In this document: piece after piece, positions 15,677-24,411 of the stretch
Layout of the letters: the number at the start of each line of letters is the position of its first letter
Position numbering within the stretch: the first letter of the stretch is position 1
Source: Nanobdellota archaeon
Lineage (GTDB): Archaea > Nanobdellota > Nanobdellia > Pacearchaeales > GW2011-AR1
DNA: 34,296 bases
Direction: 5' to 3'
Assembly: GCA_018901625.1 (NCBI GenBank)
Contig: JAHIEM010000078.1
Location: forward strand, 1-34,296
Made by a program: the position numbers and the translations under genes
Notes under the pieces: model-generated
Database searches by the model: none
Told to the model about the DNA's origin: nothing
The model's input: the letters and a program-made list of their open reading frames with translations, nothing else

Positions 15677-17497
15677 ATGGCACAAGAAGAATCTAGAAAA
15701 AAAGACAAGCAAGAAGACAGTCTGCAAAATGAAGTAAAGGATATTTCTATAGACTACCAAGCAAGAAAAGGACTCCCACAGTCAAGCATTTCAGAAGAGC
15801 AGCAGAAAGAAATGGAGAAAACCAGGGAGAAGCTAGAAACATTCAAGAAAACAGTAATTAAAAAATACCCATTCATGCAAGCAATAGGAATTCTCCCGCC
15901 GCAAGTTGCAGAAAAGTTTGAAGAAGAGGAAGAAGTTCCAGAGCAAGACAGGAAAGACAAGCCAATTCACATAATGATGATAATCCCAGAAGAGAATTTT
16001 AAAGAGATTCCCAAGATAAAAGCTGAGGTTGTCAAGATAGTAAAAGACATTAAACCAAAGGCATGGGTCCATATCAAGACACCAGTAGACCTATTCAATT
16101 ACTGCCTGGATTCTAAATATGATATTGCAGAAGCAATTGCAATGTCATTCCCGCTTCATGATACAGGAATATTAGGGGCATTTAGAACAGCTCAAATTCA
16201 CAAGTCATTATGCCTAAGAAAGTTCGAGAGATATGTGGCTAGTTATGTTATTGCAGGCTCACTAGTAAGAGGAACTGCGACTAAAACAAGTGATGTAGAT
16301 GTATACCTAGTCATAGATGACACAGATGTAAAGAGAATGCCGAGACTAGAGCTAAAAGAAAAACTAAGAGGAATAATCTATAGCTACATAGCTGAAGCAG
16401 AAGAACTCGCAGGAGTTAAAAACGTCCTTAATGTCCAGGTTTACTTGCTGACTGATTTCTGGGAGTCTGTTAAAGATGCGCACCCTGTTATTTTCACATT
16501 CATAAGAGACGGAATCCCGCTGTATGACAGAGGAACATTCCTGCCATGGAAATTATTACTAAAAATGGGAAGAATCAAGCCCAGCCCAGAAGCAATTGAC
16601 ATGTTCATGTCAATGGGAGACAAGGTTTCAGAGACAGTAAAAAGAAGGCTTCTAGATATTGTTATAGGGGATATTTTCTGGGGAGTTTCCACACCTAGCC
16701 AGGCACTATTAATGCTATACGGCTTGCCTCCTCCAACTATTCAGGAACTTGTAAAGCAAATGAGGGAGATATTTGTAGAAAAAGAAAAAATGTTAGAGCC
16801 AAGATACGCAGACATTCTAGAAGAAATATGCATAAAATACTATAAAGGATACGAACACCAGAAAATAAAAGAAGTTTCAGGGGCAGAAGTTGACAAGCTT
16901 CTGAAAGATACAGAAGACTATATGAAAAGACTTAAGGAACTAAGAGAGCAGATAGAAAAAAGAAATCAGGAAAAAACAATAGAGCAAATCTACAATGATT
17001 CAATCCAATTGTTGCAGGGAATCTTTGGCAAAAAATCAGAATCAGGCCTAGTAGAAAGCTTTGAAAAACAATTCATAAAAAAAGGCAAGCTCCCAGATAA
17101 TTATCTTCATATACTAAAAGACATTATCAAAGCAAGAGAACAGTTTAAAAAAGGAAAACTAGCAAGGCATGAAGTTGAAGATGCAAGAAAAAATGCTTCT
17201 CAATTAATCAATCACTTAATTGAATACACACAGAGATGCGACCTAGCCACTATTCAAAAATCAAGATTGAGACTAAAAACCAAAGATAAAACCTATGAAT
17301 TAGTGCTTGCAGGCAAAGATGCATTCCTAATTGACCAGGGACAAGTTCAAAAAGTCTCAGAAAAAATAGAAAAGTCATCTCCTGAAGAGCTTACAAACGC
17401 GCTTGCAAAACAAGAAAACAATCTTGAAGTTAAGACATCTGCAAAAGTTCTTGAAATAGTCAGGAAAAAGATAGGCGACTTTGAGATTATTTTATAA
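15677..17497 (+). CDS. Large nucleotidyltransferase-domain protein (606 aa)
   Basis: Pol-beta-type NTase signature GSLVRGTATKTSDVDVYLVIDD in the middle. Lys/Glu-rich N- and C-terminal extensions. TATA-like aagtttaaatag about 25 nt upstream. Confidence 0.6.
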   Translation: MAQEESRKKDKQEDSLQNEVKDISIDYQARKGLPQSSISEEQQKEMEKTREKLETFKKTVIKKYPFMQAIGILPPQVAEKFEEEEEVPEQDRKDKPIHIMMIIPEENFKEIPKIKAEVVKIVKDIKPKAWVHIKTPVDLFNYCLDSKYDIAEAIAMSFPLHDTGILGAFRTAQIHKSLCLRKFERYVASYVIAGSLVRGTATKTSDVDVYLVIDDTDVKRMPRLELKEKLRGIIYSYIAEAEELAGVKNVLNVQVYLLTDFWESVKDAHPVIFTFIRDGIPLYDRGTFLPWKLLLKMGRIKPSPEAIDMFMSMGDKVSETVKRRLLDIVIGDIFWGVSTPSQALLMLYGLPPPTIQELVKQMREIFVEKEKMLEPRYADILEEICIKYYKGYEHQKIKEVSGAEVDKLLKDTEDYMKRLKELREQIEKRNQEKTIEQIYNDSIQLLQGIFGKKSESGLVESFEKQFIKKGKLPDNYLHILKDIIKAREQFKKGKLARHEVEDARKNASQLINHLIEYTQRCDLATIQKSRLRLKTKDKTYELVLAGKDAFLIDQGQVQKVSEKIEKSSPEELTNALAKQENNLEVKTSAKVLEIVRKKIGDFEIIL

Positions 17498-17613
17498 TCT
17501 CAATAGCTGTCAAAAATTCGAATTCAGTGAGAATTTCCGAAGCTTCGAAATCATTCTATAAGCATATTCTTCTATACACAAATGCTTAAAAACACAATAT
17601 ACAAGTTTAATTT

Positions 17614-17886
17614 ATGGTTCAAGACAAAGACAAAAAACTTCTCCAGCTTTATGTACAGATAAGGCAGTCTAGAAGATATAGACCTCAAGAAGGAAATTCT
17701 GAAGAACAAACTCTTCTTGGAGAACTAGAAGAAATGTGCCTGATTCAGAGAAGAAGAGATGGAAGATATGAAACAGAATCTTGCACACCCCAAACAGACA
17801 AGCTAAATCAATTAGCTGATTTAATGCAGCAAGGCGTAAATTTAATTCAGGAAGCGAGAAACCTAGCAGAGGACTACCCTCAATAA
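17614..17886 (+). CDS. Hypothetical small protein (90 aa)
   Basis: ATG ORF. The next ORF's ATG follows 1 nt after its stop codon. Confidence 0.4.
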   Translation: MVQDKDKKLLQLYVQIRQSRRYRPQEGNSEEQTLLGELEEMCLIQRRRDGRYETESCTPQTDKLNQLADLMQQGVNLIQEARNLAEDYPQ

Positions 17887-17887
17887 A

Positions 17888-18130
17888 ATGGGCTATGAAC
17901 AAAGATATGAAGAAGCATCAAGAAAACTAAGGCTTTTATCTGCCTTAGATGAAAGACAAGATGTCAATCAACAAAGTTTAAGCGCAGATATGTTGGAATC
18001 AGCAGTTGCATCTCAAGAAGAAGGGCTCGTTAGAATAATGGATTCTGGATTAATTCTAATGCTCCCTGATGGAAAAGAAGCCCTGAATAATGCAGTTAAA
18101 GCATTCCAAGAGTACACAAAAAATCTCTGA
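17888..18130 (+). CDS. Hypothetical small acidic protein (80 aa)
   Basis: ATG ORF starting 1 nt after the stop of the preceding ORF. Confidence 0.4.
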   Translation: MGYEQRYEEASRKLRLLSALDERQDVNQQSLSADMLESAVASQEEGLVRIMDSGLILMLPDGKEALNNAVKAFQEYTKNL

Positions 18131-18175
18131 AACTAAAGAATAAGGTTTTTAAACCTACTTTTATAACACTTAAGA

Positions 18176-18442
18176 ATGATACAAGGCAAAGTTATACAGT
18201 TTAGAAGGGGAAGGCACACAATACACGAGAGACACTTCTTACTAGACTTTGGCCTTAAGACTAAAGAAGAGGCAAAGAAACTAGCTGGAAAAGAAGTAGA
18301 ATGGAAGTCTCCTGCAGGAAAGACAATAAGAGGAAAAATCTCAGATAGCCACGGTAATTCCGGGTTAGTCAGAGCAATCTTCGAAAAAGGCCTGCCAGGA
18401 CAATCAATCGGAACAGAAGTCAGCCTAGGAGGAAAAGAATAA
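18176..18442 (+). CDS. rpl35ae: Ribosomal protein eL33 (L35Ae)
   Basis: GKVIQFRRG...GKISDSHGNSGLVRAIFEKGLPGQSIG matches the L35Ae consensus. 88 aa. Confidence 0.85.
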   Translation: MIQGKVIQFRRGRHTIHERHFLLDFGLKTKEEAKKLAGKEVEWKSPAGKTIRGKISDSHGNSGLVRAIFEKGLPGQSIGTEVSLGGKE

Positions 18443-18654
18443 TGAGATTAACTAAATCAAGATCTACAATTCGTGCTCAGGTTGAAAGAGATTTCAATGT
18501 CTCACTCAAAAGGAGGAGTATTCATCCAGAATATTATAAACCAGACAGGAGATATGAAATTCCCAGAGATTTATATCAAGAAAAATATCAAGAAAATATT
18601 CTTACTCAATTGGTTAAAATAACTGAAACATTATCAATGGGAGGATTTAATTAA
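18442..18654 (+). CDS. Hypothetical basic protein (70 aa) between two ribosomal protein genes
   Basis: Its ATG overlaps the eL33 stop codon by 1 nt, and it ends 1 nt before the uL16 start. Lys/Arg/Tyr-rich. Confidence 0.45.
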   Translation: MRLTKSRSTIRAQVERDFNVSLKRRSIHPEYYKPDRRYEIPRDLYQEKYQENILTQLVKITETLSMGGFN

Positions 18655-18655
18655 A

Positions 18656-19198
18656 ATGGCACTAAGAAAAGCATCTTCATACTCAAAATTCTCAGCGCGC
18701 CCGTATACAAGAAAATCAAGCAAAAAGAGCAAGAGCTACATAAAAACAGTCCCTCCTCAAAAAGTAGTCAAGCTCCAGATGGGAAATATCTCAGCATACA
18801 ATCAAGGAAAATTCTCAATAATAATCAGCCTAATGTCAACAGAAAATGTCCAGATGCGAGACAATGCAATCGAAGCTGCAAGACAGAGCATCCACAAGGA
18901 GCTGGAAGTTGCTTTTCCAAATCAGTACTACTTTGGTGTTAAGGTCTATCCCCACCATATTTTAAGAGAAAACAGAATGTTAACAGGAGCAGGAGCAGAC
19001 AGAATGCAGACAGGCATGACTCAATCATTCGGGACAACTATCGGGAGAGCAGCACTTGTAAAGCCCAACCAAACAATATTTGTTATAGCAGTAAACTCTG
19101 AAAAAGCAGTTCAGGTTACAAGAAAAGCAATAAGCAAGATAAAAGCAAAACTCCCGTGCAAAACAAGAATACAAACAGAAAAAATAAAGCAAGAATAA
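18656..19198 (+). CDS. rpl10e: Ribosomal protein uL16 (L10e)
   Basis: RPYTRKS...Y.. PPQKVVKLQMGN N-terminus and ..TGAGADRMQTGM.. loop typical of archaeal/eukaryotic L10e. 180 aa. Confidence 0.85.
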   Translation: MALRKASSYSKFSARPYTRKSSKKSKSYIKTVPPQKVVKLQMGNISAYNQGKFSIIISLMSTENVQMRDNAIEAARQSIHKELEVAFPNQYYFGVKVYPHHILRENRMLTGAGADRMQTGMTQSFGTTIGRAALVKPNQTIFVIAVNSEKAVQVTRKAISKIKAKLPCKTRIQTEKIKQE

Positions 19199-19244
19199 TT
19201 CTCAACTGCGATAATATTTAAATTTTCTGTGATAAACTGCTGAA

Positions 19245-20339
19245 ATGGCAAAAACACTAAAGATTGGAATTGATGCTGATAATGGAGACTTTGTTGAAAA
19301 TGACATACCAACTAGAAAGATAATATCTGCTGTATCAAGAATATCAGAAGACTATCCCCTCGCAGAACTAGTTGTTGCTGGGAATAGAGAAAAAGTTTTG
19401 GATGCACTCGGAAAAAGAATCCCAAAAAACGTGAGAATAATCCCTTCTACAGCGTACATTTCCAGAGGAGAAAAGATACACTGCCACATGCCCGGCTCTA
19501 GCTTAAATAATCTTGTTAGAGAAGCGAGAGCAGGAAATATTGAAGGAATCTTCACAATTGGAAACACTGCTAATGTCGGAAAAGAGGCAATAGGACTAAG
19601 AAGAATAACGGGAGTAATAAAACCAACACTTCTAACTCCAATTCCAGTCTATCCTGAAGGTGTTTTCTTTCTTACAGATATTGGAGCAACAAGCATGAAT
19701 CAAAATCAGCAGGATGGAAAGTTATACAGAACTGCAATAGAAGAATTTGCAGAAGAGATTTACTGCCAGGGAATAATCGCAACAGTATATGCAAGGACGC
19801 AAGAAGTTCTGGTTCCAAAGCTAGGACTGCTGACAGTCGGGCAGGAAGAGCATAAAGGGAGTGACTGGGTTTTAAGAACAGACGAGCTGTTCAAAAGCAA
19901 GGCAAGAAATCTTGAAGGGTTTCTAGAATATGCAGGAAAAATAGAGCAAAAACACGCAATGCGGGGGCAAGTAGATATCGCCCTCTCTGATGGCCACACA
20001 GGAAATCAACTGCTAAAACTCGGAGAAGAAATAATCTACACTGCCAAAACAATAGTAAAAGACATTGCCAAGAATTTAAGACTATTAGAAAAATTAGCAT
20101 GCACTCCAGCAGCACTAGTTTTAAGAAGAAACCCCCTAGTCAGGAGAGTAATCGAGAGTTACAACCCTACAAAGTATAATGCTGCTCTCCTCCTCGGATA
20201 CAGGGGAATAATCTCAAAGGGGCACGGAGACTCAAGTGAAGAAGCAGTTTACAAAGGAATAAAACGCGCCCTGGATTCCTGCGGATTAGATTTAGGTCCA
20301 AAGATAGAAGAGGCTGTAAAAAGATACATGCCCAAATGA
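19245..20339 (+). CDS. plsX: PlsX-like phosphate acyltransferase
   Basis: Collinear with recalled bacterial PlsX blocks: IGIDADNGDF, GSSLNNLVREARAGN..IGNT, LTDIGAT, LGLLTVGQEEHKGSD, DIALSDGHTGNQLLK, YNAALLLGYRGIISKGHGDSS. Confidence 0.75.
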   Translation: MAKTLKIGIDADNGDFVENDIPTRKIISAVSRISEDYPLAELVVAGNREKVLDALGKRIPKNVRIIPSTAYISRGEKIHCHMPGSSLNNLVREARAGNIEGIFTIGNTANVGKEAIGLRRITGVIKPTLLTPIPVYPEGVFFLTDIGATSMNQNQQDGKLYRTAIEEFAEEIYCQGIIATVYARTQEVLVPKLGLLTVGQEEHKGSDWVLRTDELFKSKARNLEGFLEYAGKIEQKHAMRGQVDIALSDGHTGNQLLKLGEEIIYTAKTIVKDIAKNLRLLEKLACTPAALVLRRNPLVRRVIESYNPTKYNAALLLGYRGIISKGHGDSSEEAVYKGIKRALDSCGLDLGPKIEEAVKRYMPK

Positions 20340-21395
20340 TTAGCTAACCTTCCAGTCATAATCTCTAAGTTTTCCATCTCGAGCAGGATCCCAGTAAGCA
20401 ATCTCGTCGTGTCCAAAAACCCCGATTGCTCTTGCAAGAAGAACGCATCTTTCAGCTAAATGAGGCTTTCTAAGCTTGCTCTTGCTCGAAAGAGTCTTAT
20501 CAAAAATAAGAACATTGTTCATAAGCTTTTTATCAATCATCGCTCCTCTTCTCGAAAATATCGGGAAGGGATTCATTACAAGAGGATTGAGATTATGACT
20601 CTCACTCTCCTTTTTTATAATTGCAATATAAGCTGCAACATCCTGCGGCTGATAAACAATAAATTTTCCTTCTTCACTTTGTTCCCCGCCGTATCTCATT
20701 CGCCACAAGTCATGTTTAGTCCTCCCCTCAACTGGTTCTCCGCACTCATCAACAATCACCTGAGGTCTAAGAAGCTGAACTGCTGCAAGATTATTAGGAT
20801 TCCTTATTACAGGAACATGCATTAATTTATACTCATATCTTGCTTTTCTTCTTGATCTTGAAGGAACACCCACAACAACCTCAACTCCATCACTTACCGC
20901 TCTTGCAGAATCCCTATATTTTACATTCACATCAATTCCTCCGGCTTGTTTTTCAGCGTATGCAAATATCCTCAGCCCAATAGGCGAGTAAACAAAAGGA
21001 AACTCCCTCACAGTCCTGTCCCCAAATTCCGGTCTTGAACTTAATCCAAGAAAATTAATCTCCTCTTCTTTCATCCCCGAGAGTTTAGCAAGTTCAGCCG
21101 CTCTGACTTGCAGGGGAGTCAGCGGAGAAGAATCTGAATCCCTCCTAGTTTCTGGATAGTGCAGTTTGATTGTATCTCCGTATTTTAGCCACATTCTTGA
21201 AGCATCTTCAGCAGTTTTAACACGAGGATACAAAAAGAACCTTCCCGGAATAATCTGAGCTCGAACTATCAGCCCCTCATCTTCCTGCAATCCATCTATT
21301 CTTTCAACCAGTCCTCTTTGCCTGTAAGCCTCGCTATGATTCATATCCTGCATTTCAGCCACAGTTCTCTCCTCAAAAAATGATTTTCTGCTCAT
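20340..21395 (-). CDS. Hypothetical protein (351 aa), GC-richer orphan
   Basis: Long ATG-initiated ORF convergent with plsX with zero spacing. No motif recognised. Confidence 0.55.
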   Translation of the reverse strand: MSRKSFFEERTVAEMQDMNHSEAYRQRGLVERIDGLQEDEGLIVRAQIIPGRFFLYPRVKTAEDASRMWLKYGDTIKLHYPETRRDSDSSPLTPLQVRAAELAKLSGMKEEEINFLGLSSRPEFGDRTVREFPFVYSPIGLRIFAYAEKQAGGIDVNVKYRDSARAVSDGVEVVVGVPSRSRRKARYEYKLMHVPVIRNPNNLAAVQLLRPQVIVDECGEPVEGRTKHDLWRMRYGGEQSEEGKFIVYQPQDVAAYIAIIKKESESHNLNPLVMNPFPIFSRRGAMIDKKLMNNVLIFDKTLSSKSKLRKPHLAERCVLLARAIGVFGHDEIAYWDPARDGKLRDYDWKVS

Positions 21396-21515
21396 CCCAT
21401 TATCTTATTGTTCAAGTTTAATAATAATTTATGTTCCAAAGTGCATATAACTTTATGAGGTGATAATTCTCACCACATTAGCAAGATTTAAAAACGCGAG
21501 ATAACTAGAAAGAGC

Positions 21516-22217
21516 ATGAACAACTCAGAACTAAAACAAGCTGGTTTAACTGAAAACGAGAGCAGAGTTTATCTTGCACTAATAGACCTAGGCCCTAGTT
21601 TAGCAGGCCAGATATCAAGAAAAACAGGAATGCACAGAAGAACAGTTTATGATACTTGTGAAATGTTAATTAAAAAAGGTCTAGTGGGATATATCTTGAA
21701 AAATAACAGAAGATTATTCCAAGCTAGCAATCCAGAAAGAATCATAGACATACTCAGAGAAAAGCAAGATATACTTGCCCCATTCATCTCCCAATTGTCA
21801 CAGAAATTTTCAAGTACTAAAGAAAAAGAAGAAACAAATTTCTACAAAGGAAAAGAAGGATTAAAAACTGTATTCGAAGACCAGCTAAACTCTAAGGAAA
21901 TATTAATCCTTGGAGCCAGTCCCAAAGCCTATGAAGTTCTTCAATTCTATTTCAAATGGTATGACAAAGCAAGAAAAGAAAAGAAGATTCACGCAAGAAT
22001 AATCTCCCACAGCAAAGATATCAAGCGAATTCCTTTAGCAGAGATAAGATATCTCCCAGAAAAATACTCAAACCCAGTTTCAGTTAATATTTACCAAGAT
22101 AAAGTTGCCATAATTCTCTGGGCTCAAACCCCATTGGCAATTGTCATCAAGAATAAAGAAATCTCAGAAGGACATAGAATCTATTTTGAGCTGATGTGGA
22201 AAATAGCCAAGAGTTAA
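21516..22217 (+). CDS. TrmB-family transcriptional regulator
   Basis: N-terminal wHTH LTENESRVYLALIDLGPSLAGQISRKTGMHRRTVYDTCEMLIKKGLV plus a TrmB-type C-terminal domain. TATA-like gatttaaaaac about 25 nt upstream. Confidence 0.75.
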   Translation: MNNSELKQAGLTENESRVYLALIDLGPSLAGQISRKTGMHRRTVYDTCEMLIKKGLVGYILKNNRRLFQASNPERIIDILREKQDILAPFISQLSQKFSSTKEKEETNFYKGKEGLKTVFEDQLNSKEILILGASPKAYEVLQFYFKWYDKARKEKKIHARIISHSKDIKRIPLAEIRYLPEKYSNPVSVNIYQDKVAIILWAQTPLAIVIKNKEISEGHRIYFELMWKIAKS

Positions 22218-22370
22218 TTATAATTCAACAAACTCTTCCACAAACTTACTGACGAATGAAGTTATAAACTACCTGCACGAACAATTAATTATTAAGAGCA
22301 GTTAGTAAACACGTTTAATCAGTTTTTTCTTTTTCAATAAGTTTTTATACTGCTAAATAATCCAAAAACA

Positions 22371-22628
22371 ATGGTAGCATTTATCTCAATAGAAGCAAGA
22401 GCAAGAGAACTAATTGAGAAATTATTCAGAAATACTGAAGAAAGAAGCAGATGCCCATATTTAAGAAAAGATGAAATCAGCGCCTATTGCTCAAAAGATA
22501 TGCGAACAGGAGAAACAATTAGTGAGCAAAGAATATATGTTTGCGAGATACACTCTCTGCAATTATGGTGCCTTGACATAAGCAGATGTGATAAATGTAT
22601 CTGGTATCTTGGAGAGAAATTTAAGTAA
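22371..22628 (+). CDS. Hypothetical Cys-rich small protein (85 aa)
   Basis: Six Cys residues, including a CDKC pair near the C-terminus. ATG start. Confidence 0.4.
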   Translation: MVAFISIEARARELIEKLFRNTEERSRCPYLRKDEISAYCSKDMRTGETISEQRIYVCEIHSLQLWCLDISRCDKCIWYLGEKFK

Positions 22629-22634
22629 GTTTTA

Positions 22635-22934
22635 TTAATGCCTGATTTTCAACTTTCCATTCATAGCCAAAGAATGTTCAGTTTCAACATTCCTGAATCT
22701 CTCTTCAATATGCAAAAGCCTGTCAACCTTCCTTTCAGTCACATCTATTCCATTCTTTATTTTCCCAAGCTTGTAAGCCGCGCCAATTAGAGACAAGCCA
22801 GCACCAAAGTAAGGCAGCATTTCAACCCAGATTGCAGAATGAATAATTCCAAGCGCTTTCAGCAAAGCCCAAAACAATATAAGCAAAGCTCCAATTAACA
22901 ATACAACATCCCAAAAGTCCCAACTTCTTGCCAT
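22635..22934 (-). CDS. Small membrane protein (about 99 aa)
   Basis: Two to three hydrophobic helices (WDVVLLIGALLILFWALL, LPYFGAGLSLIGAAY). The first ATG is at 22934; the track start at 22952 is a TTG. Confidence 0.5.
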   Translation of the reverse strand: MARSWDFWDVVLLIGALLILFWALLKALGIIHSAIWVEMLPYFGAGLSLIGAAYKLGKIKNGIDVTERKVDRLLHIEERFRNVETEHSLAMNGKLKIRH

Positions 22935-22980
22935 AATTAAAATATGGTTCAATCATGTGAACTACCATAACCTAACATTT

Positions 22981-24135
22981 TCATGTTGAGGTTGTGGCTT
23001 CTGCTTTCATAGATGCTTCTTGCTGAACTAATTGTCCAGTATTGGAAGCTTTCTCCAGCGAGGCAAGTTCCTTGCCTCTAGCCAAGATATTTATTGCAGA
23101 ATTGTAATCTCTTGGAAGTTCTCCATTGCATTTCTCACAGCAAAATTGCCTTTGCCATAAGAATAGCTTTCTGTTTCTATGCCCGCAGAAATTACAATCC
23201 CTCGTAGTGTAAGCAGGGTCTACATCTTGAACTACACAACCAGCGTTTTCAGCCTTGTAGTGTAGATACATAGAGAGTTTGCCCCAGCTCGCATCTGCGA
23301 TATTTTTAGCATTATAAGAAATTCCTATTAGATTCTTTATATTCAGTTTTTCAATGGCAATAAATTTATTTTCTTTGATTAGCTTTGTTGATAATTTATG
23401 TATAAAATCATCTCTTGCATTTGCTATTCTTTCGTGAATTTTAGCAACTTTTATTCTTGCTTTTATTCTGCTATTGCTTCTTTTCTCTTTCTTTGATAAA
23501 GATTGCTGTGCAATTTTTAATTCTTGATGATAATTGTCAAAATGTTTTGGATTTTCATAAGCATTTCCATCGCTGTCATAAATATAATTTTCTATTCCAA
23601 CATCAATGCCAATCTCTCCAATTCCACAAACTCTTTTAATTACATTGTCAGTAACAACAGAAGCATACCATCTTCCAAGAGATTTCTTTATTGTAATGCT
23701 CTTTATGTTTCCTTCAACTTGCCTATGCAGTTTGATTGGAATCTCGCCAATTTTTGAAAGCCATAATATCCCTTTCTTTGCTTTCAAATGCGTGAGAGAA
23801 AATCCAGATTGATTGTAAGTGAAAGTCTTAAACCAATTTTTACCTTTGAATCTTAGTCTACCAACTTTATGCCCCTGCTTTTTTCGTTGTGAAAGTGATG
23901 ATAGATTGCCAAATAATCTTTGATTTTCCATCTGTAAAACTTTTGAATGAACATTATCCATTTGAGGATTTACAACTTTCAAATCTAATAAGAAATTTTG
24001 TATTTCGTTCTTTGTATATCCTTCATTCAGTTCGGCAAGAAGATAATTGTAAGTTTGTCTGCAAACTTCTTTAGCAATTTCTAACTTTTCTACTTCTGCT
24101 TTCTTTGGATACAATCTGAATTTATATGTTATCAT
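22981..24135 (-). CDS. tnpB: TnpB (IS605 OrfB-family RNA-guided nuclease)
   Basis: N-terminal YKFRLYPKK. RuvC-I IGIDVG, RuvC-II IAIEKL, zinc ribbon CNFCG...CEKCN, RuvC-III RDYNSAINI. Confidence 0.9.
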   Translation of the reverse strand: MITYKFRLYPKKAEVEKLEIAKEVCRQTYNYLLAELNEGYTKNEIQNFLLDLKVVNPQMDNVHSKVLQMENQRLFGNLSSLSQRKKQGHKVGRLRFKGKNWFKTFTYNQSGFSLTHLKAKKGILWLSKIGEIPIKLHRQVEGNIKSITIKKSLGRWYASVVTDNVIKRVCGIGEIGIDVGIENYIYDSDGNAYENPKHFDNYHQELKIAQQSLSKKEKRSNSRIKARIKVAKIHERIANARDDFIHKLSTKLIKENKFIAIEKLNIKNLIGISYNAKNIADASWGKLSMYLHYKAENAGCVVQDVDPAYTTRDCNFCGHRNRKLFLWQRQFCCEKCNGELPRDYNSAINILARGKELASLEKASNTGQLVQQEASMKAEATTST

Positions 24136-24259
24136 TATATTTTTTTATGTCTATCTCAACATAATCTCCTTCTTTTATTTTCATTTTTTGTAATATCGGC
24201 TTATCGATTATAACTCCTAAACTTTGAGCTATTTTTACTACTTTTTTAGTTATTTTCAT
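24122..24259 (-). CDS. AbrB/SpoVT/MazE-like small protein (45 aa), not in the ORF track
   Basis: Hand translation: MKITKKVVKIAQSLGVIIDKPILQKMKIKEGDYVEIDIKKYNDNI. A typical swapped-hairpin motif (..LGVIIDKPILQKMKIKEGDYVEI..). Its 3' end overlaps the tnpB start by 14 nt. Confidence 0.55.
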   Translation of the reverse strand: MKITKKVVKIAQSLGVIIDKPILQKMKIKEGDYVEIDIKKYNDNI

Positions 24260-24411
24260 ATTATAACTATAATACTATCCTTTATATACCTTTCTATTCC
24301 AATTCATCCATAACCTAACTTCTAAAGTCCAGGATATGGACTTCTTGGAGACTAGGTTAAATAATCTTCTTTCTCAGCAAGATTTATTAATCTGTTTCTT
24401 CTTAAGAAAGA

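Larger units (their letters stand above)
22965..24319 (-). mobile_element. IS200/IS605-family (IS1341-like) TnpB-only element
   Basis: The 12-nt motif ccataacctaac is present at both ends (22965-22976 and 24308-24319) and brackets tnpB plus a small AbrB-like ORF. There are imperfect palindromes at both extremities and no tnpA. Confidence 0.6.

Noticed and set aside
23457-24074. Plus-strand ORFs inside tnpB (23457-23639, 23524-23757, 23606-23812, 23889-24074)
   Set aside because: They are antisense shadow ORFs of an intact, motif-complete TnpB gene.
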